Shown in pieces: positions 19,153-28,404 of a stretch of DNA of 64,000 nt (positions are counted from its first letter, which is position 1; each line of letters opens with the position of its first letter). Source of the DNA: Acidimicrobiia bacterium (GTDB lineage: Bacteria; Actinomycetota; Acidimicrobiia; Spongiisociales; ZC4RG35); NCBI GenBank assembly GCA_965215185.1, contig OZ244034.1, positions 1,664,001 through 1,728,000 on the forward strand, in the 5' to 3' direction. Both the position numbers and the translations under genes were made by a program. The notes beneath the pieces were generated by a model that made no database searches, was not told the DNA's origin, and saw only the letters and a program-made list of their open reading frames with translations.

Positions 19153-20039
19153 TCTCCGTCCAAACCGGCCAAAGCTTCCCTGACCGCCTGGAGGGTCCCC
19201 TGGGAGGAAGCAACCAGAGGAAGTCGAAGGCCACCCAGCGGTTCCCAAAGTTCCTCCAGGGCTCCTTTCACCGGACCGGGATTGGTCTCCAAGAAACACG
19301 CCACACACAAAGGCATCAGCGCATGGTGCAAAGCAGTGGCTTTCCCGTAGTCTCCCCGGGCCGCGGCATGCACCATCTCTGCCACCGTCCTGCCGGCCAG
19401 GTGTGAGATCACCGAGACCACCCCCACCGCTCCCACCGACATCATGGGAAGTGTGTAGGAGTCCTGTCCGGAGTAAACCGTCAGCCCTGGTGCGGCCGCC
19501 GCCGTGAGCGAGGTGAAGTCAAGGTCCATGACCGCGTCTTTGGTGGCGACGATATTGGGGTGTTCGGCAAGTCGGGCCAGAGTGGCGACTTCGATGAGCC
19601 GCGCCGAGCGGGAAGGGATGTTGTAAACCAACATTGGCAGTTCAGTGGCGTCCGCTATCGCCTCGAAATGCGCCACCAGCCCGTCTTGGGTGGGTTTGTT
19701 GTAGTAGGGGGTGACCGCCATAACTCCCCCACAGCCCAACTGGGCCGCTCGGCGGCTGAGCGCCACCGAGGCCGCGGTGTTGTAGGTGCCGGTTCCTGCC
19801 ACCACCATCGCCCGTTCGCCCACCGCTTCCGAAATCGCCTTGTACATTCGCACCTTCTCGTCGGTGGAAAGCGTGGGTGATTCGCCGGTGGTGCCGGTGA
19901 TGACCAGCCCGTCGGAACCGTTTTCCACCAGGTGCTGCGCCAGCCGACGGGCCCTTTCAACATCCAATGAGCCGTCGGGGGCGAAGGGGGTGACCATCGC
20001 AGTAAGGACCCGGCCGAAGGGCGGCACTTGAGAATTCAC
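19149..20039 (-). CDS. dapA: 4-hydroxy-tetrahydrodipicolinate synthase
   Basis: GTTGESPTL, PYYNKP, YNIPSR. Confidence 0.96.
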   Translation of the reverse strand: MNSQVPPFGRVLTAMVTPFAPDGSLDVERARRLAQHLVENGSDGLVITGTTGESPTLSTDEKVRMYKAISEAVGERAMVVAGTGTYNTAASVALSRRAAQLGCGGVMAVTPYYNKPTQDGLVAHFEAIADATELPMLVYNIPSRSARLIEVATLARLAEHPNIVATKDAVMDLDFTSLTAAAAPGLTVYSGQDSYTLPMMSVGAVGVVSVISHLAGRTVAEMVHAAARGDYGKATALHHALMPLCVACFLETNPGPVKGALEELWEPLGGLRLPLVASSQGTLQAVREALAGLDGE

Positions 20040-20069
20040 ACTGGGGAGGATAGCTACCGGGGCGAGGCC

Positions 20070-20831
20070 CTACTCATCGAGCAGAACCCCTAGCCCCACC
20101 GACACCCCGGCCCCCAGTCTGGCCACTCCCCGGACCGCCAGCATCACCCCCGGCAGAAAGGACACCCGGTCGTTGGAGTCATGCCGGATGGTGAGAATCT
20201 CTCCGGGGTTGCCGAACAGCACTTCCTGATGGGCCAGCAGCCCAGGTAGCCGCACCGAGTGAATCGGCACCCCCTCAACTTTGGCCCCCAGCGCTCCGGC
20301 ATAGATCTCTTCGGACAACACCTGCCGGGACTGGTTTCCGGTTTCGGCCATTTCCACCGCGGTTAAAACCGCCGTGCCCGAGGGAGCGTCGGCTTTCTGG
20401 TCGTGGTGGAACTCGATCACCTCCGAAGCTTGGAAATATCCGGCAGCAGCTTTGGCGAACCGCATCATCAGCACCGCGCCGATCGAGAAATTGGGAACGA
20501 TCAAACAATTGGTGGCAGAGTCGGTCCCCCACATCCGGTGGACCGAGGCGATCCTCTCCGAAGTAAAACCTGACGTTCCCACCACCGCATGGCAGTGCAT
20601 CTGTCGGTATCGGGACAGATTGTCCATCACCACCTCGGGATGAGTGAAGTCCACCACCACTTCGGCTGAGGCCAGGCCGCTGGCGTCCCTACCCACCGGT
20701 ACACCCGCCACCTCTCCCTCGAAGCGGTCAAACCCGGCCACCAACTCCATGTCCGGCTCTTGGGCAACCCTCTGTGCGATCACCGAACCCATCCGGCCCA
20801 GAGCGCCGGCCACCCCCACTCGAATGGTCAC
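20070..20831 (-). CDS. dapB: 4-hydroxy-tetrahydrodipicolinate reductase
   Basis: GALGRMG, EFHHDQKADAPSGTA. Confidence 0.96.
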   Translation of the reverse strand: MTIRVGVAGALGRMGSVIAQRVAQEPDMELVAGFDRFEGEVAGVPVGRDASGLASAEVVVDFTHPEVVMDNLSRYRQMHCHAVVGTSGFTSERIASVHRMWGTDSATNCLIVPNFSIGAVLMMRFAKAAAGYFQASEVIEFHHDQKADAPSGTAVLTAVEMAETGNQSRQVLSEEIYAGALGAKVEGVPIHSVRLPGLLAHQEVLFGNPGEILTIRHDSNDRVSFLPGVMLAVRGVARLGAGVSVGLGVLLDE

Positions 20832-22081
20832 GTGACGTATCCGGTCAGATCGGACTTCTCGAAGGGGCCCACCGCTGCCAGGGCCTTGGGGCCCGAGAAC
20901 ATCTGACGGGCGACTTCTATCACTTCCCCACGGTTAACAGCCAGAATCCGCTCCAGCCGCTCGTCCATCGAGTAGTGCTCCATGCCGGTGATCTCATCCC
21001 GACCGAGCCCGACCATCCGGCTTGGGGAATCTTCCATCGCTAACGCCAGAGCGCCCCGCGCCGCGCCCCGCGCCTTCTCCAGTTCCGCTTCGGTGATGCC
21101 ATCTTCCATCACAGTGGAGAGTTCGCGGTGGATGATGTCCATCACTTCGGCCGTTTGCCGCGGAGTGGTCCCCACATAGATTCCCCAGACTCCCAAATCG
21201 GCATATGACCGGTTGAAGCTGACAATGGAATAGGCCAAGCCCCGCTCCTCCCGCACGCTGGTGAAAAGCCGGGAGGACATCCCGCCCCCCAACACCAGAT
21301 TGAGAATCCCGAACGCCCACCGCCGCTCGTCGGCGCGGTCCATGCTTTCTCCACCCAATACCAGGTGGGCCTGTTCGGTGTCCCGCTCCACCAGACCCAC
21401 TGACGAGGACACTGAATTGGGACAGAAGTGGTGGCCCACCGCCTCTCCCGACCACTCGCCGAATAGCTGCTCGCTAAGCGCCACCGCCTCCGAATGTCGG
21501 ACCGCGCCGGCCAAGGCCACCACTACCGAGCGGGGACCGTACCGGCGCCGCCAGTAACCGGACAGGTCTTCACGGGTCATCGCCCCGATCGACGGGCGGG
21601 TTCCCAGCACCGGGCGGGCCAGTGCGTGACCCTCGTGAACCGTCCGGCTGAAGACCTCGAATACCGAATCCTGAGGATCATCCTCATGCATGTTGATTTC
21701 CTCGACGACCACCTGCCGCTCCGAGTCGATCTCCTTGGGCCGAAAGGCGGGCCGCTGCAGCATCTCGGATAAGAGCCCCATCCCCACCGGCAGGTCGTCG
21801 TCCACCAGCCGCGCCCAATAGCAAGTTTGTTCCTTGGAAGTGAAGGCATTGGATTCGGCGCCCATGCCGTCGAATGTCTCCGAGATCTGGCGGGCGGAAA
21901 GCTCTTCGGTGCCTTTGAACAGCAGGTGCTCCAAGAAGTGTGAGGCGCCCGCCTCATTGACCCGTTCATCTCGAGCGCCGGTGTCCACCCAACATCCCAC
22001 CGAGACAGAACGCAGAGACGGCATATGTTCGGATACAACACGCAAACCGTTGGGCAAAGTGGTTAGAGAAAAATGAGTCAT
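20828..22081 (-). CDS. M16 family zinc peptidase
   Basis: HFLEHLLFKGT (HxxEH); LGGGMSSRLF; ATG at 22081. Confidence 0.95.
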   Translation of the reverse strand: MTHFSLTTLPNGLRVVSEHMPSLRSVSVGCWVDTGARDERVNEAGASHFLEHLLFKGTEELSARQISETFDGMGAESNAFTSKEQTCYWARLVDDDLPVGMGLLSEMLQRPAFRPKEIDSERQVVVEEINMHEDDPQDSVFEVFSRTVHEGHALARPVLGTRPSIGAMTREDLSGYWRRRYGPRSVVVALAGAVRHSEAVALSEQLFGEWSGEAVGHHFCPNSVSSSVGLVERDTEQAHLVLGGESMDRADERRWAFGILNLVLGGGMSSRLFTSVREERGLAYSIVSFNRSYADLGVWGIYVGTTPRQTAEVMDIIHRELSTVMEDGITEAELEKARGAARGALALAMEDSPSRMVGLGRDEITGMEHYSMDERLERILAVNRGEVIEVARQMFSGPKALAAVGPFEKSDLTGYVT

Positions 22082-22127
22082 GCCATCGCAAAAGTGTAGG
22101 GGAACAGATGAGGGATAATAGGTAGTT

Positions 22128-24164
22128 ATGGCAACGCGCCCCGCAACCGTATTGCGTCGGTTTCTTTCTGCGGAGGAAACCACCATCGAAGAAGTGGTTA
22201 ACCGATACCAGCGGGTCGCCCCTGCCATAACCCGCTTCGCCCGCACCCTTTCCGGAGATCCGGAGCTGCGGGTGCGGTTGGGTTCCTATTCCCGCCAGGC
22301 CCCCGGGGAGGTGGTGTGTGACCCCCGACTCTTCCAAACCGCCTACCACCGCCGGGCGCCGGTCACTCCCGAGGAAGTGGCGGTGGCCTCGGCTCTCCAC
22401 GAGGTGGTGCATCTGATCTCCAGCCGGTTTGATGAGAAGAGACCGGTCCCCCTGCATTGGTCCCACCTGCTCGGCGAAGAGGCTTCCCGCCCCACCCCAC
22501 CCCCCGAACGCTCCGTCGACGTGCTGTCTGCCCTTGAGGAAACGGGCGGCGAGTTGGCGGCGTTGCTCTTCTTCGCCCTCGAGGACGCTCGCCAGGAACA
22601 ACGCGGGTTGGTCAACTATCCCGGCGCCCGGTCGATTTTGAACGACCTCTATCGGGCAGCAGCGCCATCGCTGGTATCCCAGCCCGCCATTTCCCAGTTC
22701 ACCGCCGGGTGTTTCCTGGCGGCCGCCGGCGCCTATCCCGCCCAACATCCCCCCGACTTCGTGAGCAGAGTCGTCGGGGATGCTCTGGGGGAAGCGGCGG
22801 AATTATTGATGGAGATCTCCAATCTGGACGATCCCTGGGCGGTGGGAGAAACGGCGCTCAACATGCTTCGGATCGCTATCAACCACAACTTGGTGCCCCC
22901 CACTCTTCCCCGGGAACCGGTCGCCGGGAAGGCCGTTGCAGAAAAAGTAAACCAGACTCTGGACATGATCCGGCTCCCCAGCCCGGTGGTTACCAACTCC
23001 GAGTCTTATCGCCAGGCCGTCGGCGCCGAGGGGGCTACCACCAGAGAGGTACGACTCTCCGAAGAAACCGACCGTTCCACCACCGATCAGTTGCTCCGAG
23101 TCGGCGCGGCCCCATTGATCCATCTTCCCAATGGCCAGAGCGGGCGACTGGTGATCTCCCCTGCTCCGGTGGCGTTCTCCCGTTATGCCGAGCAAGGACG
23201 CCAGGCTTATCACCAAGCCATTGAACGGTGGGGTGTTGCGCCACGACGCGTGTCGGGGGAGCTGTTCCATCTCTTCGCCGCCAACCAGCGGCGAGGGTTG
23301 AGATCGGGCTTCGATCAAGGCGATGTCTCTCCCTATGCAGCGTTATTCATCGGCGCCGGATTGTATCAGCGACTCTACGAACGGCGGCATTTTCCCTCTC
23401 GCCGCCGCTACGCGGTGAGTATTCTGGTGGACGGTTCGGCTTCAATGCTGCAATCTCGCGGCGTGGGCCGGTTTGAGACCGGATGGGGAATGGCCGCTGC
23501 TCTGCTGGGCGCTTGGACAGTGGCGGGGCTTTGTTATGAGTTGCAGATTGACTTTGAAGTGAGCATCTTCAACCGGTCCTTTGCGGCCCGGGAACAGGAC
23601 ACCGAGTGGTCCTACACTCGTTCTCTCAGCCAGTCCACGGCCGGTCTGAGGGCCACCCACGGAACTTCAGCCGATCGGCTCACTACTACTGTGAATCATT
23701 ATCTCATCAAACCATTCGACAAACGCTGGTCCAGCGCCGAGGCAGTGCTGGCGGGAATGCTGTGGACCGCTTTCGCTCCCCGCGAAGCGGCCCGGCAGGC
23801 TCGCCGGGAGCCCCGAATCGCCCCACCGGTCTCCATGTTCGACAAGGCCTCCAACGTGGATGAGTTGAATATCATCCACGCCGCTCACCGACTGGCCGGC
23901 CAAGGCGCCGAGACCCGACTCCTGATGGTCTTGGCCGATGGAATGACCCGAGGGTCGGTCCGCAATCTGGCCAACGCGGTCTCGGCGATCGAGAGAGGAG
24001 GCGCCACCGTGTTGGGTATTGGGATAGGTGACGACACCGTGGCCGCTGCCTACCCGCGTCATCAAATTGTGCAGCAACCGGAAGAACTGGCTCGAGCCAT
24101 GGTGGATGGAACCAAGGATCTGTTGCGAAAGAGCCTGATCAAACTGAAGGCGCCGGCGGCATGA
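22128..24164 (+). CDS. vWA-domain protein with N-terminal HExxH motif (CobT/NorD-like)
   Basis: ALHEVVHL, LEDARQE, MIDAS DGSAS, LMVLADG. Confidence 0.85.
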   Translation: MATRPATVLRRFLSAEETTIEEVVNRYQRVAPAITRFARTLSGDPELRVRLGSYSRQAPGEVVCDPRLFQTAYHRRAPVTPEEVAVASALHEVVHLISSRFDEKRPVPLHWSHLLGEEASRPTPPPERSVDVLSALEETGGELAALLFFALEDARQEQRGLVNYPGARSILNDLYRAAAPSLVSQPAISQFTAGCFLAAAGAYPAQHPPDFVSRVVGDALGEAAELLMEISNLDDPWAVGETALNMLRIAINHNLVPPTLPREPVAGKAVAEKVNQTLDMIRLPSPVVTNSESYRQAVGAEGATTREVRLSEETDRSTTDQLLRVGAAPLIHLPNGQSGRLVISPAPVAFSRYAEQGRQAYHQAIERWGVAPRRVSGELFHLFAANQRRGLRSGFDQGDVSPYAALFIGAGLYQRLYERRHFPSRRRYAVSILVDGSASMLQSRGVGRFETGWGMAAALLGAWTVAGLCYELQIDFEVSIFNRSFAAREQDTEWSYTRSLSQSTAGLRATHGTSADRLTTTVNHYLIKPFDKRWSSAEAVLAGMLWTAFAPREAARQARREPRIAPPVSMFDKASNVDELNIIHAAHRLAGQGAETRLLMVLADGMTRGSVRNLANAVSAIERGGATVLGIGIGDDTVAAAYPRHQIVQQPEELARAMVDGTKDLLRKSLIKLKAPAA

Positions 24165-25174
24165 ATGCCTCCGCCATCTTCGCCCACCCCTCCGGTTTAC
24201 CGCAGCGGCAGATCAGCCTGGCGCCTTTTGCCCTGCCCACTGAACTGGCCGACTACCAACAGCGGCGCGGCAAGATCCCGGTTCCCGATCCCTACTACGT
24301 GGATATGGGGATGCTCTACAGGTTCGCCACGTTGGAGAGGGTCCATCGTCTTCGACCTCCAGGTTATGTCCCCCTGCATGTCGCGGTCCGGGGCCACATG
24401 GGAACCGGCAAGGATCACGACATCGAACAATTCGCGGCCCGGTTGAGGCTTCCCTACTACCGCATACCCATGACCGGCGAGGTGCGAGACCTCACCCTGA
24501 TCGGGTCCACCCGGCTCCAAGGAGACGGCAAGGGCGGCACGGAGAGCCGGTGGGAAGACGGCGACATAACCCGCGCCTTGCGAGGGCCGGCTCTCATCAA
24601 CCTCTCTGAGTTGAATGCCGCCGGCGCCGAGACACTGTTCGCCCTCCACGGGCTGCTGGATCGCTACGCGGCTTTGGATCTGCCTACCGGCGAGACCATC
24701 CGGCTGCGAGACGATGTGCGTATCTTCGGAACCATGAACCCCACCGACCTGCGAGACTACGCCGGAACCCAAACCCTCAACAAGGCCTTTGCCGACCGAT
24801 GGGTGATCTGGGAGAAGAACTTTCCCACCGCTGCGCAGGTGCAGGCCATGCTCCACCTGCGCTACCCGAGCATGGCCTCACCGTTCGTCGATGCGATCGC
24901 CCGGCTCACCGTGGACGTCAATGCCTCATTCGAGGCTGCCGACGCCGACACCAGGGTGGAGACGCCGCTGTCGCTGCGAGGGGCGCTCGACCGCCTGCCC
25001 ACCGGCCTTCGTATCTTCGCCGAACACCCAGATCCCCTCCGTCGCGCCTGGGAGGAATTGGTGCTTCCCAGGGTGGATTCCCACGACCGGGATCACTATG
25101 AAACGGTGTGGAGAGCGGTGGTCCGACAGGGTCCCGAGGGCCCACCCTTCGTAAAACGATCTGCAAAATCCTGA
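24161..25174 (+). CDS. AAA+ ATPase, MoxR/CbbQ/CobS-like
   Basis: GHMGTGKD, WEDGDITRA, LINLSELN, GTMNP, LNKAFADRW; ATGA overlap with the vWA gene. Confidence 0.88.
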   Translation: MNASAIFAHPSGLPQRQISLAPFALPTELADYQQRRGKIPVPDPYYVDMGMLYRFATLERVHRLRPPGYVPLHVAVRGHMGTGKDHDIEQFAARLRLPYYRIPMTGEVRDLTLIGSTRLQGDGKGGTESRWEDGDITRALRGPALINLSELNAAGAETLFALHGLLDRYAALDLPTGETIRLRDDVRIFGTMNPTDLRDYAGTQTLNKAFADRWVIWEKNFPTAAQVQAMLHLRYPSMASPFVDAIARLTVDVNASFEAADADTRVETPLSLRGALDRLPTGLRIFAEHPDPLRRAWEELVLPRVDSHDRDHYETVWRAVVRQGPEGPPFVKRSAKS

Positions 25175-25178
25175 TAGA

Positions 25179-25904
25179 ATGAGGGTGGTGCGAACCATCC
25201 TCTCAGATCTGGTAGCCGAGCAACAGTCCCTAGATCAATTCCTGCAGAAAATACCGGTGCATGATTGGAGTCTCCCCACCGCCGTGCACGGTTGGGATAT
25301 CCGCGACACTGTGAGCCATTTGGCACATTTTGAGGAGTTGGCCGCCCAGACGGTGCTCGGGGAGCCCCCTCCCCCTCCCGAGGCCATGCACGATCTGCAT
25401 TGGGAGGGAATCCATCGAGGCCGAGACATCCGCCCTCAGGATGTGATCGAATGGTGGAGAAAGGGCCGCGCCAAACTGATCGAGCCCCTCTCGGAGATGA
25501 CCGCTTCCCAACTCACCCCGTGGTTCGCCGGTTCCATCTCTGCTGAGATGGTGGCGGCATACCGGCTGACCGACACTTGGGCCTACGGACTTGACATCTA
25601 TGAGGCGGTCGGTGAGGAGTACGAGGACACCACCCGAATTCGTCACATTTGCCAACTGGGCTGGTCGACGCTGGCCGGTCAGTTCGAAGAACACGGGGAA
25701 CCATACCAACCCATCCGGGTGGAGGTCATCGGACCGCAGTACTACAAATGGGTTTATGGGGAAGAGGAATCTTCCCACCTCATCAAGGGAAGCGCTTCCG
25801 ATTGGGCGCGACTGGCAGTGCACAAGCTGGCGCCATCGGAAACCCATCTGCAGTGCGCCACCCAGATAGCCGAGCGGGCGCTGGAGTTTGTCTCTATCTA
25901 CTAA
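25179..25904 (+). CDS. Maleylpyruvate isomerase (MDMPI/DinB) family protein
   Basis: PTAVHGWDIRDTVSHLA, WFAGSIS, RLTDTWAYGLD. Confidence 0.85.
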   Translation: MRVVRTILSDLVAEQQSLDQFLQKIPVHDWSLPTAVHGWDIRDTVSHLAHFEELAAQTVLGEPPPPPEAMHDLHWEGIHRGRDIRPQDVIEWWRKGRAKLIEPLSEMTASQLTPWFAGSISAEMVAAYRLTDTWAYGLDIYEAVGEEYEDTTRIRHICQLGWSTLAGQFEEHGEPYQPIRVEVIGPQYYKWVYGEEESSHLIKGSASDWARLAVHKLAPSETHLQCATQIAERALEFVSIY

Positions 25905-25953
25905 CCCGGTCCCACTGGCAGAACCTCGAACCACAGAAACAAGCCTCCGTCAA

Positions 25954-26589
25954 CTACCGCTGATCGGGATCAGCCAGCATTCCCCGGCAGACGACCTCGA
26001 CGGTCTGTCGTATCCACTCCTCAGACTCCTGTATGCCGAGAAGGCGCCTCGCGAACATCGACCCGGCGATGGCATGGACAACAGCCTCCGGATTGATATC
26101 CGGTCGGATCTCGCCTCGTTCCAGGCTGCGTTGCAACATCCCCACTACTTCGTCCCTGCGGGGCCCGAGAATCCTCTCTCTGAATAGTTCCAGCAATCGG
26201 GGGTGACGTGACTCCTCGACCAGCAAGGCGCCCATCAGGGCAAGGCCACGCTCCAAGAAGCCCAGGGTCGGTGACATCATCCCGACGAGGTCACTGTGAA
26301 TGCTTCCCGTCTCGGGGAGTGAAGGAGACTGGTCTCTGATAGTTCTGGCCGCCGCCACCACCAGTTCCTCCTTGGAGGCGTATCGTCGGTAAATGGTGGT
26401 CTTCCCCACCCCTGCCTCGGCAGCCACCCCCTCGACCGACAAGCCACCGTAACCCTGGTCCGCCAGCACTTTCAAGGTGGCCGCCACAATAGCCCGGTCG
26501 ACCTGCGGATCGCGGGGACGACCGGGCTTTGCATCTCTTTCTATCCCAATCTCTGATTCCTTCGCCACACTCATCTGGTGCTCTTGCAT
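25954..26589 (-). CDS. TetR/AcrR family regulator
   Basis: GRPRD, VAAEAGVGKTTIYRRY helix-turn-helix. Confidence 0.95.
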   Translation of the reverse strand: MQEHQMSVAKESEIGIERDAKPGRPRDPQVDRAIVAATLKVLADQGYGGLSVEGVAAEAGVGKTTIYRRYASKEELVVAAARTIRDQSPSLPETGSIHSDLVGMMSPTLGFLERGLALMGALLVEESRHPRLLELFRERILGPRRDEVVGMLQRSLERGEIRPDINPEAVVHAIAGSMFARRLLGIQESEEWIRQTVEVVCRGMLADPDQR

Positions 26590-28152
26590 CTACGCTGGAT
26601 CGGAAACTGGGGACGAGCCTTGGGCTTCCGGCAAATGGCGAGCCGGCATGAACCTGACGATCAAAACGGCGCCGATGAGGGCCACCCCCGCCGATACCAG
26701 CACGGCGAACCCCAGGGCATCACTGAACGCGGTCCTTGCCGCATCAGCCAATCGGGCCGCCGGCTCTGCGGGCAGGTTGGAGGCGATTCTGACCGCGGCG
26801 CCCACCGAGTCACTGGCGGCCTCCGCCGCCTGAGACGGGAGGCCCGCCACCATTTCAGTCATATTGTTCCGGTAAGCGGTGTTGATCAACGATCCCGTCA
26901 CTGCCACACCGAAAGCCCCCGCCACCATGCGGGTGACATCGTTCATCGCCGACGCTATGCCGGCATTGGCCTCGGGAACCGCCCCCATAACCGCGTCGGT
27001 GGAGGGCGCCATCAGATTGCCCATGCCGAACGCCATCAGGAAGAAACTGGACCCCAGCACCCAGTATTCGGTGCCGGGCGCCCAAAAGGACATGGAGATC
27101 AAAACCCCGGCCAGGATTGCCAGGCCCATCCCCACCACTTTGTTGGTTCCCAGCCTTCCAACCAGGCGATGACTCATACCCGCTCCCAACGCCATGCCCA
27201 GGGCTATCGGAACCATCCGCAGGCCTGCTTGAAGCGGCGTGTATCCCTGAACAAACTGCAGGAACAGCGTCAGCCCGAATATGATCCCGAACAGTGAGAA
27301 AAAACCGATGGCAATGGCGCCCGCCCCGGCGGAGAATCGCGGGTTCTTGAAGAAAGTGAGGTTGAGCATGGGATGCTCGGTCCTCCTCTCCCAGTACAGG
27401 AACATCACCAAAAGGACCACGCCCGCAACGAAGGAGGTTATGACCAGGCCATCGGTCCAACCAAGGGTCGGGGCTTCGATGATGCCGTAAACCAGGGTTG
27501 TCACGGCCGATATGGACAAAAGGGCGCCCGGTATGTCCAGCCGAGGGGTGTTGGGGTCGCGGCTCTCGGGTACCAGAAAGATTCCGGCCACCAGGCCGGT
27601 AACCGCCACCGGGATGTTTACAAAAAAGACCGATCCCCACCAGAAATGCTCCAGAAGGTATCCCCCGAGCAGCGGCCCCAGACCGACGCCCAGACCGGCG
27701 ACCGCCGCCCATACCCCGATGGCCTTTCCCCGTTCCTCTCGGGGAAAGACATTGGTAATGATGGACAGGGTGGATGGCATGATCAGCGCCCCGCCGATAC
27801 CCATCAGCGCTCGCCCTCCTATCAATTGAGCAGTGGAGTCGGCGTAGGCAGCAAAGGTGCTCGAAAGGCCGAAGAGTACGAGCCCGACTTGAAGAGCGCG
27901 TTTGCGCCCGAACCGGTCGCCGAGGGAACCCATCGTCAAGAGCAGACCGGCGAACACCAGAATATAGGCGTCGATCATCCATTGCAGCGAGGTCGAGGAT
28001 GCGTTGAATTGGCGCTGCAGGGTGGGGATGGCCACGTTGAGGATAGTGTTGTCAAGCCCGATGATGAGAAGGCTCGTAGACAGGGTGACAAGGGTCCACC
28101 ACCGCCTCCGGTAGATGGCGGAACCGGCTGAGGCTGAATTTGGATATGTCAT
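26590..28152 (-). CDS. DHA2 family MFS efflux transporter
   Basis: LDNTILNVAIP, GSLGDRFGRKR, WWGSVFFVNIP; ATG at 28152 with AGGAGG. Confidence 0.95.
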   Translation of the reverse strand: MTYPNSASAGSAIYRRRWWTLVTLSTSLLIIGLDNTILNVAIPTLQRQFNASSTSLQWMIDAYILVFAGLLLTMGSLGDRFGRKRALQVGLVLFGLSSTFAAYADSTAQLIGGRALMGIGGALIMPSTLSIITNVFPREERGKAIGVWAAVAGLGVGLGPLLGGYLLEHFWWGSVFFVNIPVAVTGLVAGIFLVPESRDPNTPRLDIPGALLSISAVTTLVYGIIEAPTLGWTDGLVITSFVAGVVLLVMFLYWERRTEHPMLNLTFFKNPRFSAGAGAIAIGFFSLFGIIFGLTLFLQFVQGYTPLQAGLRMVPIALGMALGAGMSHRLVGRLGTNKVVGMGLAILAGVLISMSFWAPGTEYWVLGSSFFLMAFGMGNLMAPSTDAVMGAVPEANAGIASAMNDVTRMVAGAFGVAVTGSLINTAYRNNMTEMVAGLPSQAAEAASDSVGAAVRIASNLPAEPAARLADAARTAFSDALGFAVLVSAGVALIGAVLIVRFMPARHLPEAQGSSPVSDPA

Positions 28153-28162
28153 GGAATGACCT

Positions 28163-28227
28163 CCTGGCCTACCCTTACGATACCGTAGCGTATCGTAAGG
28201 GTAGGCCAGGCTTCTCATCTGTGTCAA
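28163..28227 (-). promoter_or_regulatory. Sigma-70-type promoter with a perfect 21-bp inverted repeat (putative TetR operator)
   Basis: -35 TTGACA (28222-28227), 18 nt, -10 TACCCT (28198-28203); repeat arms 28163-28183 and 28190-28210. Confidence 0.8.
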
Positions 28228-28404
28228 GTCTCAAGACAAAGTGGCCGCCAAGGCTGTTTTGAGCCTTCAGACCACTGGTGAACTGTGTTTGACGAGTCAG
28301 CTCACCTCCTCCCTTCAGGTAGCAGTCCGGCGGGAACGCTTTGTAAGGCTCCAAATGGCCTGTCCAGGTTATATGTCACGGGGAGACCCTACCCTGATTG
28401 GACG

